From Parcubacteria group bacterium (GTDB lineage Bacteria; Patescibacteriota; Minisyncoccia; Phycocordibacterales; Phycocordibacteraceae), in assembly GCA_028286825.1 (NCBI GenBank), contig JAQBQV010000002.1, positions 2,157 to 66,156 on the forward strand: DNA of 64,000 bases. Direction: 5' to 3'. Position 1 is the first letter of the stretch. Every line of letters starts with the position of its first letter. Below the pieces are notes generated by a model. It was not told where the DNA came from. It made no database searches and worked only from the letters and a program-made list of their open reading frames with translations. The translations under genes were made by a program, and so were the position numbers. This document shows, piece by piece, positions 24,198-33,800 of this stretch.

Positions 24198-24941
24198 CTA
24201 AGGATTCACGACGATAAGCCCGAGGTCAGCGAAGTTTTGAAGCAGCGCACTACCTAGCTCGACTTTGGTTTTGATGGTATAGCTACCTTGCATTAGGGGA
24301 ATCGTGGTAAAGGAGAAGGTTTTCTCTACATTTTGTTCCAGCGTTTGACCAGTAAAGATTTCATCATCGATAAAATTACCGCCGCGCCAGAGTGAAACAG
24401 TCACCGTTGCGTCAGTAATGGTAACGCCGGTGTTAATTAAGGTAGGAGCGATTGTCGCTGTCGAGCCGTTAGGAAGATTTATCTTCGGTCTATCGATACG
24501 TACTAGAGAGATTTGCCCTGCGCTACCGACGGTGAAGCTCCTGATGTGATCGTACCAATGTATAACTCCATTCCATCCGGGGTTAAATATGCCGACAGAC
24601 AAAAAGTACGTGCCAGCTGGCAAGTCTGCCGATGAGGTAATAGTACGGGTGACTGTTTTATGAGAGGGGATTGTTACTCTGTCAGCATAGGTCTGCCCTA
24701 CCTTGTGACCGCTACTGTCGTAAATCTCAAGATCAAGCAAGGCTTTGCCGCTCGGCGATGTGCTTTCGAACATTGCGGTAAAGGTAAGCGTTTCGCCTGG
24801 CTGTACTGAATCGGCTGTTTGCGAGCTTGAGACAAGCGACAGGTCTCCTGAACTGTGTTCTCTGTCTGCAAATGCACGTGGCACATGAGTAAGTCCAAAC
24901 AGAATTACCAGGAACAGCAGTGATGCAGCTGCATTTTTCAT
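24198..24941 (-). CDS. secreted protein with Ig-like/CARDB-like modules
   Basis: Signal peptide present. It shares an about 70-aa module (L.DLEIYDSSG.KVGQ.Y...GTY...GIFNPGW) with 27477..30083. Confidence 0.65.
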   Translation of the reverse strand: MKNAAASLLFLVILFGLTHVPRAFADREHSSGDLSLVSSSQTADSVQPGETLTFTAMFESTSPSGKALLDLEIYDSSGHKVGQTYADRVTIPSHKTVTRTITSSADLPAGTYFLSVGIFNPGWNGVIHWYDHIRSFTVGSAGQISLVRIDRPKINLPNGSTATIAPTLINTGVTITDATVTVSLWRGGNFIDDEIFTGQTLEQNVEKTFSFTTIPLMQGSYTIKTKVELGSALLQNFADLGLIVVNP

Positions 24942-25037
24942 AGAGCCTAAGTATGCGCCTCAATAGGTGAAGATGAAGTGACGCAGTTGATAGAGTTGTT
25001 CAGCAGAGTTTCACCCTGCCTCTGCTATTTATGAAAG

Positions 25038-26093
25038 ATGCGCATTGCTCAAATAGCCCCCATCGTCGAACGCGTCCCGCCAAAGCGCTACGGCGGCACC
25101 GAACGCGTTGTGTGGGCTCTCACCGAAGAGCTCGTGAAGCGTGGGCATGAAGTGACTCTATTTGCCTCAGGAGATTCAAAAACTTCTGCAAAGCTTGAGT
25201 CGGTCTATCCGCGCGCGCTTCGCGAAGCGAAGCTTAAAGATATGTACGGCTTTAACTACTACACGCTTCTTAATATGGGGCTCGCATATGAAAAACAGGA
25301 CGAGTTCGATATTATTCATGATCATTTGATGCCGCACTCGCTCCCGACCGCCAACTTGGCACGGACGCCCGTAGTCGCAACGGTGCATGGCCCGTTTACT
25401 GGCGATAACCGCAAACTCTTCCAGACGCTTCGTCATGCGGGCATTGTGACCATATCAAACGCTCAGGCGTATCCAGCTCCTAATATTAACCATCTCGGTA
25501 CGGTCTACAATGGACTGCCGCTTGATCACTATCCCTTTGGGGAAACGGCTGGGGACTATCTATTGTTTGTCGGGCGTATCTCAATGGAAAAAGGTCTGCA
25601 TCACGCGATTGATGTTGCTCAGCAACTGGATAAGCGGCTCATCATTGCGGCTAAACTTGAGAATGTAGACCGCCCGTACTTCAAAGAGTATGTAGAGCCG
25701 TGGCTCTCTGATCGTATCGAATGGATTGGTGAAGTTGATGAGGAAAAGCGCAATGAGCTTATGAGTAATGCGCTTTGCTTCTTACACCCCGTTACCTGGC
25801 GCGAGCCCTTCGGCCTCACTCTTATCGAAGCGATGGCCTGTGGCTGTCCCGTCATTGGTATGAACCGCGGTTCTATACCTGAGATCATTCAAAACGGCGT
25901 TACCGGGTACGTCGTTGAGGACGTCGAAGGTATGGTCTCAGCCATCGAGGGGATTAGTACTATCTCTCGTGCCGCCTGCAGAGAACACGCGCTCACAAAC
26001 TTTAATGCCTCAAAAATGGCTGATGGATATGAAGCGGTATACGCAAAAATGATCGAAAAGAAAAAAGAAGAAGGACTAAACTCATCTGGATAG
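25038..26093 (+). CDS. glycosyltransferase family 4
   Basis: MRIAQIAP...YGGTERVV at the N-terminus and a C-terminal E-x7-E region (PFGLTLIEAMACGCPVI). Confidence 0.85.
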   Translation: MRIAQIAPIVERVPPKRYGGTERVVWALTEELVKRGHEVTLFASGDSKTSAKLESVYPRALREAKLKDMYGFNYYTLLNMGLAYEKQDEFDIIHDHLMPHSLPTANLARTPVVATVHGPFTGDNRKLFQTLRHAGIVTISNAQAYPAPNINHLGTVYNGLPLDHYPFGETAGDYLLFVGRISMEKGLHHAIDVAQQLDKRLIIAAKLENVDRPYFKEYVEPWLSDRIEWIGEVDEEKRNELMSNALCFLHPVTWREPFGLTLIEAMACGCPVIGMNRGSIPEIIQNGVTGYVVEDVEGMVSAIEGISTISRAACREHALTNFNASKMADGYEAVYAKMIEKKKEEGLNSSG

Positions 26094-26173
26094 CCTATCG
26101 TCTGGTATTTTTGGCTCAAATCGGTCAGAAATTTGCGCCATGTCCGTCAAAGATGGTACAAAGACACTAGTAT

Positions 26174-27505
26174 ATGCAGAAAAAGTTTTTATGGGACATG
26201 GGCTGGAAGAAGTTACAGGAGCTTGAGACACCGGAAGGTATTTTGGCATCTGCTCGAAATGAAGTGTTCGGCTGTATCTTTGGACGCGACTCGCTCATTA
26301 GCTCGCTCGGCCTCATGATGCTCTATGAGAATACACAAAACAGTTATTTTTTGACGCTTACTGAGAAGATTTTGCGTACGCTCAGTCGCCTGCAGGGTAG
26401 CGAGCTCGAGATCGAGAGTGGGGAAGAGCCGGGAAAGATCATTCATGAGTTCAGGCCACAAAACCATAGTCATTTGACTCAGTCTCTCGAAGAGCCTTGG
26501 TTTGTATACCCCTCAGGTGAGATGCGTAGCTACGACAGCGTCGACTCAACGCCGCTATTTCTGATGGCTGCCCACGCCTATCTCGAGGTCGGTGGGAGTT
26601 CAGAATTTATCAAGAGCATTATGCCAAATATTCGTAAGGCGCTGTATTGGCTCTTGGACGCGGCCGACAATAACAGTGATGGCTTTGTTGATTATTGGAT
26701 CCATCCAAGACGGCAGTTTGGCGGGCTTCGCGTGCAAAACTGGATGGATAGTACCGAGTCGCTCTTTTTTGAAGAGGAACTTGCAGGCGAAGCGAAACCG
26801 ACATATCCAATTGCTCCGGTTGAGGTACAGGGATACACCTGGGTGGCCTATCGTTCATGGGGTGAGTACTTGAGTAGCGCAGCATCTGCGGCAGATCGAG
26901 CGCTTGGGGCACGTCTCCTCGCTCGAGCTGAGCGCTTGAAGCAGAAGTTTAATGAATCGTTTGTACTCAAGACATCCGCACAACAGCAGTTCAGTGGTAT
27001 CGCCTTTGCTCTTGATGGGGAAGGGCGACAGCTCATCTCCCCTCGCTCAAGTATGGGCCACCTCTTATGGGCGTCACGCCAGGGCGAGAGTATTTTACAT
27101 ACTGAATATATTGAACCGCTTCGCAAACGTCTTTTGGCGCGCGATCTCTTTGTGCCGCAAGCAGGTATTCGCACACTCTCCTCAGAGTCGCGCAATTACG
27201 ATCCGGTTTCGTACCACAATGGTTCGATTTGGCCTCACGACACGGCGATGCTTGCGCTTGGGCTAGAGAATTTTGGATATCACGAAGATGCCGCTCGCGT
27301 GCGCGAGGCACTTCTTATGGCGTACACTCATTTTGAGACACCGATCGAGCTCTTCGGGTACTCCCATGGATTCCGCGAATATAAGTCAGCGTGTCGCACT
27401 CAGGCGTGGTCGACTGTTGCGCTCCTGTCAGTACTCCACAAAGAAATGGGGTGGCGGTTACTCTTGCCGCAGTGGTTTATTGAAGCTGAATCGAGTCTAC
27501 GCTAA
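26174..27505 (+). CDS. amylo-alpha-1,6-glucosidase / glycogen-debranching-like (alpha/alpha)6-barrel hydrolase
   Basis: Contains FGRDSLIS, VEVQGY and YHNGSIWPHDTAM. Confidence 0.8.
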   Translation: MQKKFLWDMGWKKLQELETPEGILASARNEVFGCIFGRDSLISSLGLMMLYENTQNSYFLTLTEKILRTLSRLQGSELEIESGEEPGKIIHEFRPQNHSHLTQSLEEPWFVYPSGEMRSYDSVDSTPLFLMAAHAYLEVGGSSEFIKSIMPNIRKALYWLLDAADNNSDGFVDYWIHPRRQFGGLRVQNWMDSTESLFFEEELAGEAKPTYPIAPVEVQGYTWVAYRSWGEYLSSAASAADRALGARLLARAERLKQKFNESFVLKTSAQQQFSGIAFALDGEGRQLISPRSSMGHLLWASRQGESILHTEYIEPLRKRLLARDLFVPQAGIRTLSSESRNYDPVSYHNGSIWPHDTAMLALGLENFGYHEDAARVREALLMAYTHFETPIELFGYSHGFREYKSACRTQAWSTVALLSVLHKEMGWRLLLPQWFIEAESSLR

Positions 27506-30083
27506 CCGATGTACTTGTCCCACCGCTTACGTCCTGCAGCACGAACCCGCCGATCTGTTTGCCCGCGGCTCCAAGATCAGCAAGAGGAATGCTCACGGTC
27601 TTCCACGAGCCGGCGACAATACCACCACTTATATAGGGTGCGAGGTTTTTAGTAGTGAGCTTATTGCCGCTATCATCAAAGAAATACACTTGGAGGTTTT
27701 GTCCGCCTGCACCAACTCCCGCGATCGCAAAGGTGAGAGCTGATTTGCTGCTTATGTCCATCGGCGTATTGCTGTGGAGGAAGAGGCCTCCCCAGGCACT
27801 CGTGTACGCCACTTTGATAGCGTTACTCCCTTGATAAACCTGCGAAGTGTCAGAGAAGTTTTGAGTAGATCCCCATGACCAGTTTTCCCACCCAGTTGCG
27901 AGAGCGTCTTGATACAGGTTGAATGTAGGTCCACTTCCAGAATTCGATGTAAACGTAGCGATTTGATCGAACCACGTATAGAGGGGGCCCCAGCCGGGTT
28001 GAAAGACGCCAATCGATACTTTATAGGTCCCGCTGGCCGGTACCGGATAGGGATACGTAAACGTCTTTGCCGTACCAGCAAGAAACGATTGGTTGTCATA
28101 CACCTGTTGCCCGACCTTTGCTCCATCCTTGTAGATTTCCAAATCAACTAACGCATTAGCGTCGCCGCCAGAGTTCGTGATTGTTGCTGAGATGGTGTCA
28201 GTCGATCCTACGGACGGGTTAGGCGTTACTGTCGTCGACTGTGCGAATGCAGGGGGAGTGCTCGAGGCAGGCGCGCGGTTAAGTACTGTGATAGCGAGCG
28301 CCTGGTCAGTCCACTCGTAGACACCGGCCCACCCCAGTTTAAACAATCCGATCTTTGTCACGTAATTACCAACGGTAGGCGGTAGCCAGGAGAGCGTGTA
28401 CGTAGCCGTACCGTCAGTGGGAATCGTTTGATTGTCGTAAACTTGTTGCGCGATTTGTTTAGCAGACGAGTCGTAAATTTCCATATCGACAATGAAGGGC
28501 GACGTATCGCCGGTATTGCGAATGGTGGTTGTAATAGTTTCTTGGTGGCCAATCACTACGGGCGAAGGAGCGATGGTAGTGCTGACGTGTCGCGGAATGG
28601 GTACACCTGATTGTACTGAGCCAACAGAAATGTGTGTGCTCGCTTGCGAGCTAAGTGATCCGGTATCTGTAACCGTTACGGTCGCGGTGTAATTGCCATT
28701 ACCGTTATACGTATGGTTGACCGACACGCCAGTTGCTCCACTACCATCGCCGAAGTCCCAGGCATAGGAAAGCGCATTACCATCAGGATCGCTTGAGTTA
28801 GCAGCTGAGAAGTTTACGGTGAGCGGCGCCGAGCCTTGTGTCGGTGCTGCTGATACGGCTGCAACGGGAGGGCGATTGGTATTCGAATAAACCAGCTTGC
28901 GCAATTGGCCGACGTTAAGTGCCATGTACCAGAGGTTGCCGTCTGGGCCGATTAAGAAGTCGACCGGACCACCGGCGCCAGTAATGAAGTCAGTGACCGA
29001 GCTCACGGTATCATTCGAATTCAGAACCATTCGTTTAATATTGTCGTTACTATAGTCTCCAAAAAAATAGTTACCCGAGTACGGGGAGGGGTACGCGCTC
29101 GGGAATGCGCCGCCCATTACCGAGCCGGTACTCGTATTGTGGTCGAAGACATAGATCGGATAGGTAGGTTGAGAAGAAGCAGTACAGTTATAGGTCGTTG
29201 TCGCAAAGCCCTCTAAGCAAGGCCAACCGAAGTTCGCTCCCTTAAAGCCAATATAAATTGACTCCCACGCTCCCCAGCCCACCGCACCGATAAACATTTT
29301 ATTATCACTCGGGCGCCAGTTGAAACGAAACATATTGCGATCGCCAAGTGCCCATACCTTAGATTGATTGTCGTTTGGATTGCCCGTGAAAAACGGGTTA
29401 TCTGATGGACCCGTACCGTCGGTATTGATACGCACGAGTTTGCCGGCAAGCCATTTCGTATCTTGTGCCCCGTACGCTTCAGGATCAACTGAGAGGTAAC
29501 CCGCGCCGTCACCCAAGGACGCATACAGTTTTCCGTCGATACCGAAGCGAATCGCGCCCATTGAGTGAGTGTTCGCATCTGAAGCGATACAGTCAGAAGT
29601 TGTTGCAAAGTTCATACACGAAGGCTTCGAGGCGTCGCCACCGACGCTTCCCAGGATGATCACTTTAGTTGCGAGCGACGCGGTGTCTCCTGTGACCGTG
29701 AGGCGAATAATACGACCCGTCTTAGCGCCGGTATAATTTTGTCCCGGCGTGTTTTCATACGTGTATGCAATATAGAGAAACCCGTTTTGACCGAAGTTTG
29801 GATCAAGCGCGATACCTTCGACACCGCGATCAGCATAGTCGTTTACGTCGGTCAGCTGTACGACTGGTGCTGGCTGTAGGACACCGTTCTTCACGAGGCG
29901 GATCGCTCCAGACTTTTGTGCGATAAAAATGCGCCCGTCAGGCGCGAAGGCAAATGCAGTTGGCAGAGTTAGTCCGCTTACTACGGTACTCACTTGGAAG
30001 CCTGCGGGTACCGTCATAGCACTCGCTACAGGTGGCAACAGAAGGAGTAACGCGAATGCACTCATCGGTATAATTATTTTCAT
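27477..30083 (-). CDS. secreted PQQ-dependent sugar dehydrogenase-like beta-propeller with PKD domain, 2 Ig-like modules and C-terminal CBM-like domain
   Basis: Signal peptide present. Contains GLTLPTAFAFAPDGRIFIAQKSGAIRLV and the PKD motif PLTVNFSAANSSDPDG..LSYAWDFGDG. Its 3' end overlaps 26174..27505 by 29 nt (convergent). Confidence 0.85.
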   Translation of the reverse strand: MKIIIPMSAFALLLLLPPVASAMTVPAGFQVSTVVSGLTLPTAFAFAPDGRIFIAQKSGAIRLVKNGVLQPAPVVQLTDVNDYADRGVEGIALDPNFGQNGFLYIAYTYENTPGQNYTGAKTGRIIRLTVTGDTASLATKVIILGSVGGDASKPSCMNFATTSDCIASDANTHSMGAIRFGIDGKLYASLGDGAGYLSVDPEAYGAQDTKWLAGKLVRINTDGTGPSDNPFFTGNPNDNQSKVWALGDRNMFRFNWRPSDNKMFIGAVGWGAWESIYIGFKGANFGWPCLEGFATTTYNCTASSQPTYPIYVFDHNTSTGSVMGGAFPSAYPSPYSGNYFFGDYSNDNIKRMVLNSNDTVSSVTDFITGAGGPVDFLIGPDGNLWYMALNVGQLRKLVYSNTNRPPVAAVSAAPTQGSAPLTVNFSAANSSDPDGNALSYAWDFGDGSGATGVSVNHTYNGNGNYTATVTVTDTGSLSSQASTHISVGSVQSGVPIPRHVSTTIAPSPVVIGHQETITTTIRNTGDTSPFIVDMEIYDSSAKQIAQQVYDNQTIPTDGTATYTLSWLPPTVGNYVTKIGLFKLGWAGVYEWTDQALAITVLNRAPASSTPPAFAQSTTVTPNPSVGSTDTISATITNSGGDANALVDLEIYKDGAKVGQQVYDNQSFLAGTAKTFTYPYPVPASGTYKVSIGVFQPGWGPLYTWFDQIATFTSNSGSGPTFNLYQDALATGWENWSWGSTQNFSDTSQVYQGSNAIKVAYTSAWGGLFLHSNTPMDISSKSALTFAIAGVGAGGQNLQVYFFDDSGNKLTTKNLAPYISGGIVAGSWKTVSIPLADLGAAGKQIGGFVLQDVSGGTSTSVSVDSIQLQ

Positions 30084-30223
30084 ACAGGTAAATCGCGCAG
30101 TATAAAGCTGCTTTAATAATCTGGTTTCGGGCCACCCCTTAACTCAACGGCTATCTTCACCCATACGCAATGAAGAAATACTGAACCGGGGTATACTAGG
30201 GGTATTACTGGTAACGGAGCTAT

Positions 30224-30784
30224 ATGAATAACAATCTGATTATTGGAGGTATTGTCGTAGTCGTAGTTCTCCTTGGAGGTGGGTACTATTTTATGCACCA
30301 GAACGGGGTTCAGTCAGTTGAGCAGACGAACGGCGTCGAAGGTTCCTCGTCAACCACGACCACAACTACTACGGTGAGCGGCGAGAAATTTAATGGTTCC
30401 TTTACAGAGCTCGCGAGCCGCACTGGCAGCTGGAAGTGTACGATTGATGCAACTGCATCGGGCACTGGCACCACTGGCACGACATACGTTTCGAGTGGGA
30501 AGGTTCGAGGTGATTTCACCACGAGTACGTCGAACAACGGGACGTTCGAGAGTCACTTAATCTCCGACGGGCAGTACTCATACACGTGGTCGTCGATGAT
30601 GCCGCAGGGTATCAAAATAAAGATGACAGCCGACCAAACTGGGATAGCAGCAAATGGTGCGACCAGCGGATCGGCGTCAAGTGCGAATTCGTCATATGCC
30701 TATAATTGCGAGCCATGGACAGCAGATGCGTCCCTCTTTGTAGCGCCAGCAAGTGTGACGTTTATGACTGTCCCTCAGCAGTAA
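30224..30784 (+). CDS. membrane-anchored/secreted hypothetical protein
   Basis: N-terminal TM segment followed by a Thr/Ser-rich region. Confidence 0.55.
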   Translation: MNNNLIIGGIVVVVVLLGGGYYFMHQNGVQSVEQTNGVEGSSSTTTTTTTVSGEKFNGSFTELASRTGSWKCTIDATASGTGTTGTTYVSSGKVRGDFTTSTSNNGTFESHLISDGQYSYTWSSMMPQGIKIKMTADQTGIAANGATSGSASSANSSYAYNCEPWTADASLFVAPASVTFMTVPQQ

Positions 30785-30810
30785 TCCGTTGTGTAAAGAG
30801 AGGAGGGAGT

Positions 30811-31035
30811 CTAGAGAAAATCTGGGCTCTCTTCTTTTTTACTATCCCAGAGTGGCTTATGCTCGCGACCCCACTTGAGCGGATCCTCTTCGTGCATCTT
30901 TTCCATCTCGGCAGTGGTTTCTGGGTGGGTAAGCATTACATGATCGGTCATGGTGCTTACCATCTCGTCCCACGTATCTGCTTGAAGCTCTTCTTCGCAC
31001 GGCCCGCCTAGTTCTCTGCAGGTCATCTTTTTCAT
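30811..31035 (-). CDS. DUF1059-like small protein
   Basis: Shows the MKKMTCRELGGPCEEELQADTWDEMV...H pattern. Confidence 0.7.
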   Translation of the reverse strand: MKKMTCRELGGPCEEELQADTWDEMVSTMTDHVMLTHPETTAEMEKMHEEDPLKWGREHKPLWDSKKEESPDFL

Positions 31036-31119
31036 GTCACCGTAATTGCTATGAGTAATAACTGTAGTATTGGGGTTACTATATGAAGCTCTTGTGAGGC
31101 CTGTGCTACGCTTACTTCT

Positions 31120-31695
31120 GTGAAAGAAACTATAGCCATCATCGCTGCCTTACTCGCCATCGTCGGCAATGTACCTTACCTCCGGGACATTTTAAAAGGG
31201 AAGACTAAGCCACACCCCTACACATGGCTCGTGTGGACGATGGTCTCGTGCATTGTGTTTTTCGGACAGCTCGCTAAAGGAGCGGGGGTGGGTGCAATTC
31301 CAACTGCGGCTTCAGAGATTTTTACCGTACTCATCTTTCTCTTTTCGCTTAAGTACGGCTTTAAGGACATCACGAAGACCGACACTTTTTTCCTCGCCAT
31401 CGCGCTTCTCGGTATTATCCCGTGGGTGCTCACTCACGATCCTACACTCTCAGTGATCATTGCGGTGACAATCGATCTTATCGCTTTTCTTCCGACGATA
31501 CGAAAGACGTGGAACTTCCCGAGTACCGAGACCCCACTCCTTTATAGTATGAACGTCTTTCGGCACATTCTCGCGCTCTTTTCGCTTGAGGCATACAACA
31601 TCGCGACCACGCTTCACTCCTTCGCAATGATCGTGACCAATTCGCTTGTCACGGGCATCATACTTCTCAAGCGGCGCACAAAAGGCAGCAAATAG
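31120..31695 (+). CDS. integral membrane protein
   Basis: 191 aa with about 6 hydrophobic segments and a GTG start. Confidence 0.6.
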   Translation: MKETIAIIAALLAIVGNVPYLRDILKGKTKPHPYTWLVWTMVSCIVFFGQLAKGAGVGAIPTAASEIFTVLIFLFSLKYGFKDITKTDTFFLAIALLGIIPWVLTHDPTLSVIIAVTIDLIAFLPTIRKTWNFPSTETPLLYSMNVFRHILALFSLEAYNIATTLHSFAMIVTNSLVTGIILLKRRTKGSK

Positions 31696-31709
31696 TGTAT
31701 ACAGGGGAT

Positions 31710-32462
31710 ATGGCAGAGAACAAAACATCATGGGGTAAGGTAGCAGACTGGTACAGCGACTACCTCGGACAAGAGGATACGTATCAGCGCAAAGTGATTC
31801 TGCCAAACCTGCTCCGTATACTTGCTCCCCAGAGAGGCGAGCGTATTCTAGACCTCGGTTGCGGCCAAGGCTTCTTTGCCGCGGAGGTGGTCAAATCTGG
31901 CGCGGCAGTTGTCGGCGCTGATATCGCTCCTGAGCTCATCAGAGAAGCAGCGGCAAACGTGAAAGACGCTACATTCTTCGAAGCACCGGCAGCTAATCTC
32001 GCGTTTGCGCATGACGCTAGTTTTGATGCAGCGTACTCGGTCCTCGCCCTTCAAAACATCGAAGATCTCGGTGCAGTCTTTATTGAACTCAAGCGCGTGC
32101 TCAAGCCAGGCGGACGCTGTATCGCCGTCGTGAATCACCCAGCGTTCCGCGTGCTCAAGCGGTCGAGCTGGGGTTGGGACGAGAAGGGCGGCGTGCAGTA
32201 TCGCCGCGTCGACGGTTATCTATCAGGAGCGACGGTACGCATTGACATGCACCCGGGAGAGCGCGAGTCACAGAAGACAATCTCGTATCACCGCTCGCTC
32301 CAAGACCTTTTTAAATCATTTACAAAAAGCGGGTTAGCCGTGACCCGTCTTGAAGAGTGGATTTCCCATAAGTCGAGTGAGACGGGTCCGCGCCAATCGG
32401 CAGAGGATGCAGCGAGAAAAGAGATACCGCTCTTTATGGCGCTCGAAATGCGGGTTCTCTAA
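31710..32462 (+). CDS. class I SAM-dependent methyltransferase
   Basis: Contains ILDLGCGQGFFAAEV ... VVGADIAPELI. ATG 31710 lies 6 nt after TATACA. The track GTG start at 31695 is also possible. Confidence 0.85.
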   Translation: MAENKTSWGKVADWYSDYLGQEDTYQRKVILPNLLRILAPQRGERILDLGCGQGFFAAEVVKSGAAVVGADIAPELIREAAANVKDATFFEAPAANLAFAHDASFDAAYSVLALQNIEDLGAVFIELKRVLKPGGRCIAVVNHPAFRVLKRSSWGWDEKGGVQYRRVDGYLSGATVRIDMHPGERESQKTISYHRSLQDLFKSFTKSGLAVTRLEEWISHKSSETGPRQSAEDAARKEIPLFMALEMRVL

Positions 32463-32465
32463 GGT

Positions 32466-33206
32466 ATGTATCTCACTGACGATGTGGCGAAGCAGAAAGT
32501 GCTTGCTGAGAAATATGGGGGAGTAGTGAGCGACGGTTATCGCGCCGATTGCGCGCGGATCGATTCTCATGAGCCTTGGGAATACATTCTCGGCTACGCT
32601 GACTTCTTAGGCTGTAAAATTGATCTCTCGTATAAGCCGATGGTCCCGCGCGATGAGACAGCCTTTTGGGTACAGCGCGTCATCGAAGAGTGGAAGGGTG
32701 CTGGAGCGATCAAAGCCATCGATCTCTACGCAGGCTCAGGGAACATCGGCGTTGCACTCTTGAAGCACTTGCCAGATGCGCTGGTCACGTTTAACGAAAT
32801 TGACGCCGCGCTCATGCCTCAGATTGCTACATCAATCACAGTGAATGGTATCGACGCTTCTAGGGCAACACTCATCGCGGGGAACAGTTTAGAAAAAATC
32901 ACGGGCACCTTTGATGTGATCTGTGCAAATCCGCCATATGTCGATCCTAGGGGCGAGGCGAACATGGATCCTGAAATGCGCTTTGAACCGCACATCGCTT
33001 TCTTCGGCTCGAAGGACGGCTTTGGCCACCACCGCGAACTTATTAGGGAAGGGAAGAAGTATTTGACCCCTCAGGGAGTTCTCTGCGTTGAGTGTGACAT
33101 GACCCAAGTTGATGAATTAAAAAAGATTCTCGAGAGCACCGATTGGAATTGGCAGTTTTGGAATGATCCGTATGGCCACGAAGGAGTGATGGTGCTCCGC
33201 CCATAG
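32466..33206 (+). CDS. HemK/PrmC-like N5-glutamine methyltransferase
   Basis: Contains DLYAGSGNIGVAL and the NPPY motif (ICANPPYV). Confidence 0.75.
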   Translation: MYLTDDVAKQKVLAEKYGGVVSDGYRADCARIDSHEPWEYILGYADFLGCKIDLSYKPMVPRDETAFWVQRVIEEWKGAGAIKAIDLYAGSGNIGVALLKHLPDALVTFNEIDAALMPQIATSITVNGIDASRATLIAGNSLEKITGTFDVICANPPYVDPRGEANMDPEMRFEPHIAFFGSKDGFGHHRELIREGKKYLTPQGVLCVECDMTQVDELKKILESTDWNWQFWNDPYGHEGVMVLRP

Positions 33207-33208
33207 TA

Positions 33209-33240
33209 AAAACAAAACTGGCGGCCTTTGGCCGCCAGTC
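33209..33240 (-). terminator. rho-independent terminator
   Basis: CTGGCGGC cttt GCCGCCAG with a T-run on the minus strand. It lies downstream of 33250..33690. Confidence 0.7.
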
Positions 33241-33249
33241 ACCTTGTTG

Positions 33250-33690
33250 CTATTGTATCGATCGCGATCTTTTTCTATTTGCTTGCAATAGGTGGAAGTA
33301 TTGTCGTTCGCTTGACGACAAGCAACGCAGCTTCGTGTACACAAACTCACGCTGTCGTCGCGCCCGCACCTCAATGACATATTCGAAAATCACGAGGAGA
33401 ATCAGCGTCCCCATAAGCCAGGTCGGTGGCCGGTAAAACCAGCCGACAACAACAATTGCTGTGCTGCCCAAGAACAGGCGACCTCTGCGTGAAGTTGCGT
33501 TTTGTTCGGTAGCGCTCATAGCGAGCTCGAGGTCTTCTATATATTGTTCTCGATTTGTGTCCGGATGGCGTATCGTTGATAAAATGTCGTGAACGATACT
33601 TCGATTGTGGTAGAGGCCTATGGCGAAATCGAACAGAAAGAACAGTGCGATCACCAAGGCCGCTTTATGGAGTGCTAGATAGCTCAACAT
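33250..33690 (-). CDS. integral membrane protein
   Basis: 146 aa with hydrophobic segments. The terminator at 33209-33240 is downstream. Confidence 0.55.
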   Translation of the reverse strand: MLSYLALHKAALVIALFFLFDFAIGLYHNRSIVHDILSTIRHPDTNREQYIEDLELAMSATEQNATSRRGRLFLGSTAIVVVGWFYRPPTWLMGTLILLVIFEYVIEVRARRQREFVYTKLRCLSSSERQYFHLLQANRKRSRSIQ

Positions 33691-33800
33691 AGGGTCTCCT
33701 CGGTTAATGTCTTCGACCTCATTAAGGTACCTGCGGAGAAAAAGGTGTCAAGTTACCGTTCACTGGCAAAACAGAGGAGAGTCGGTATAGTGAGGCTCTA

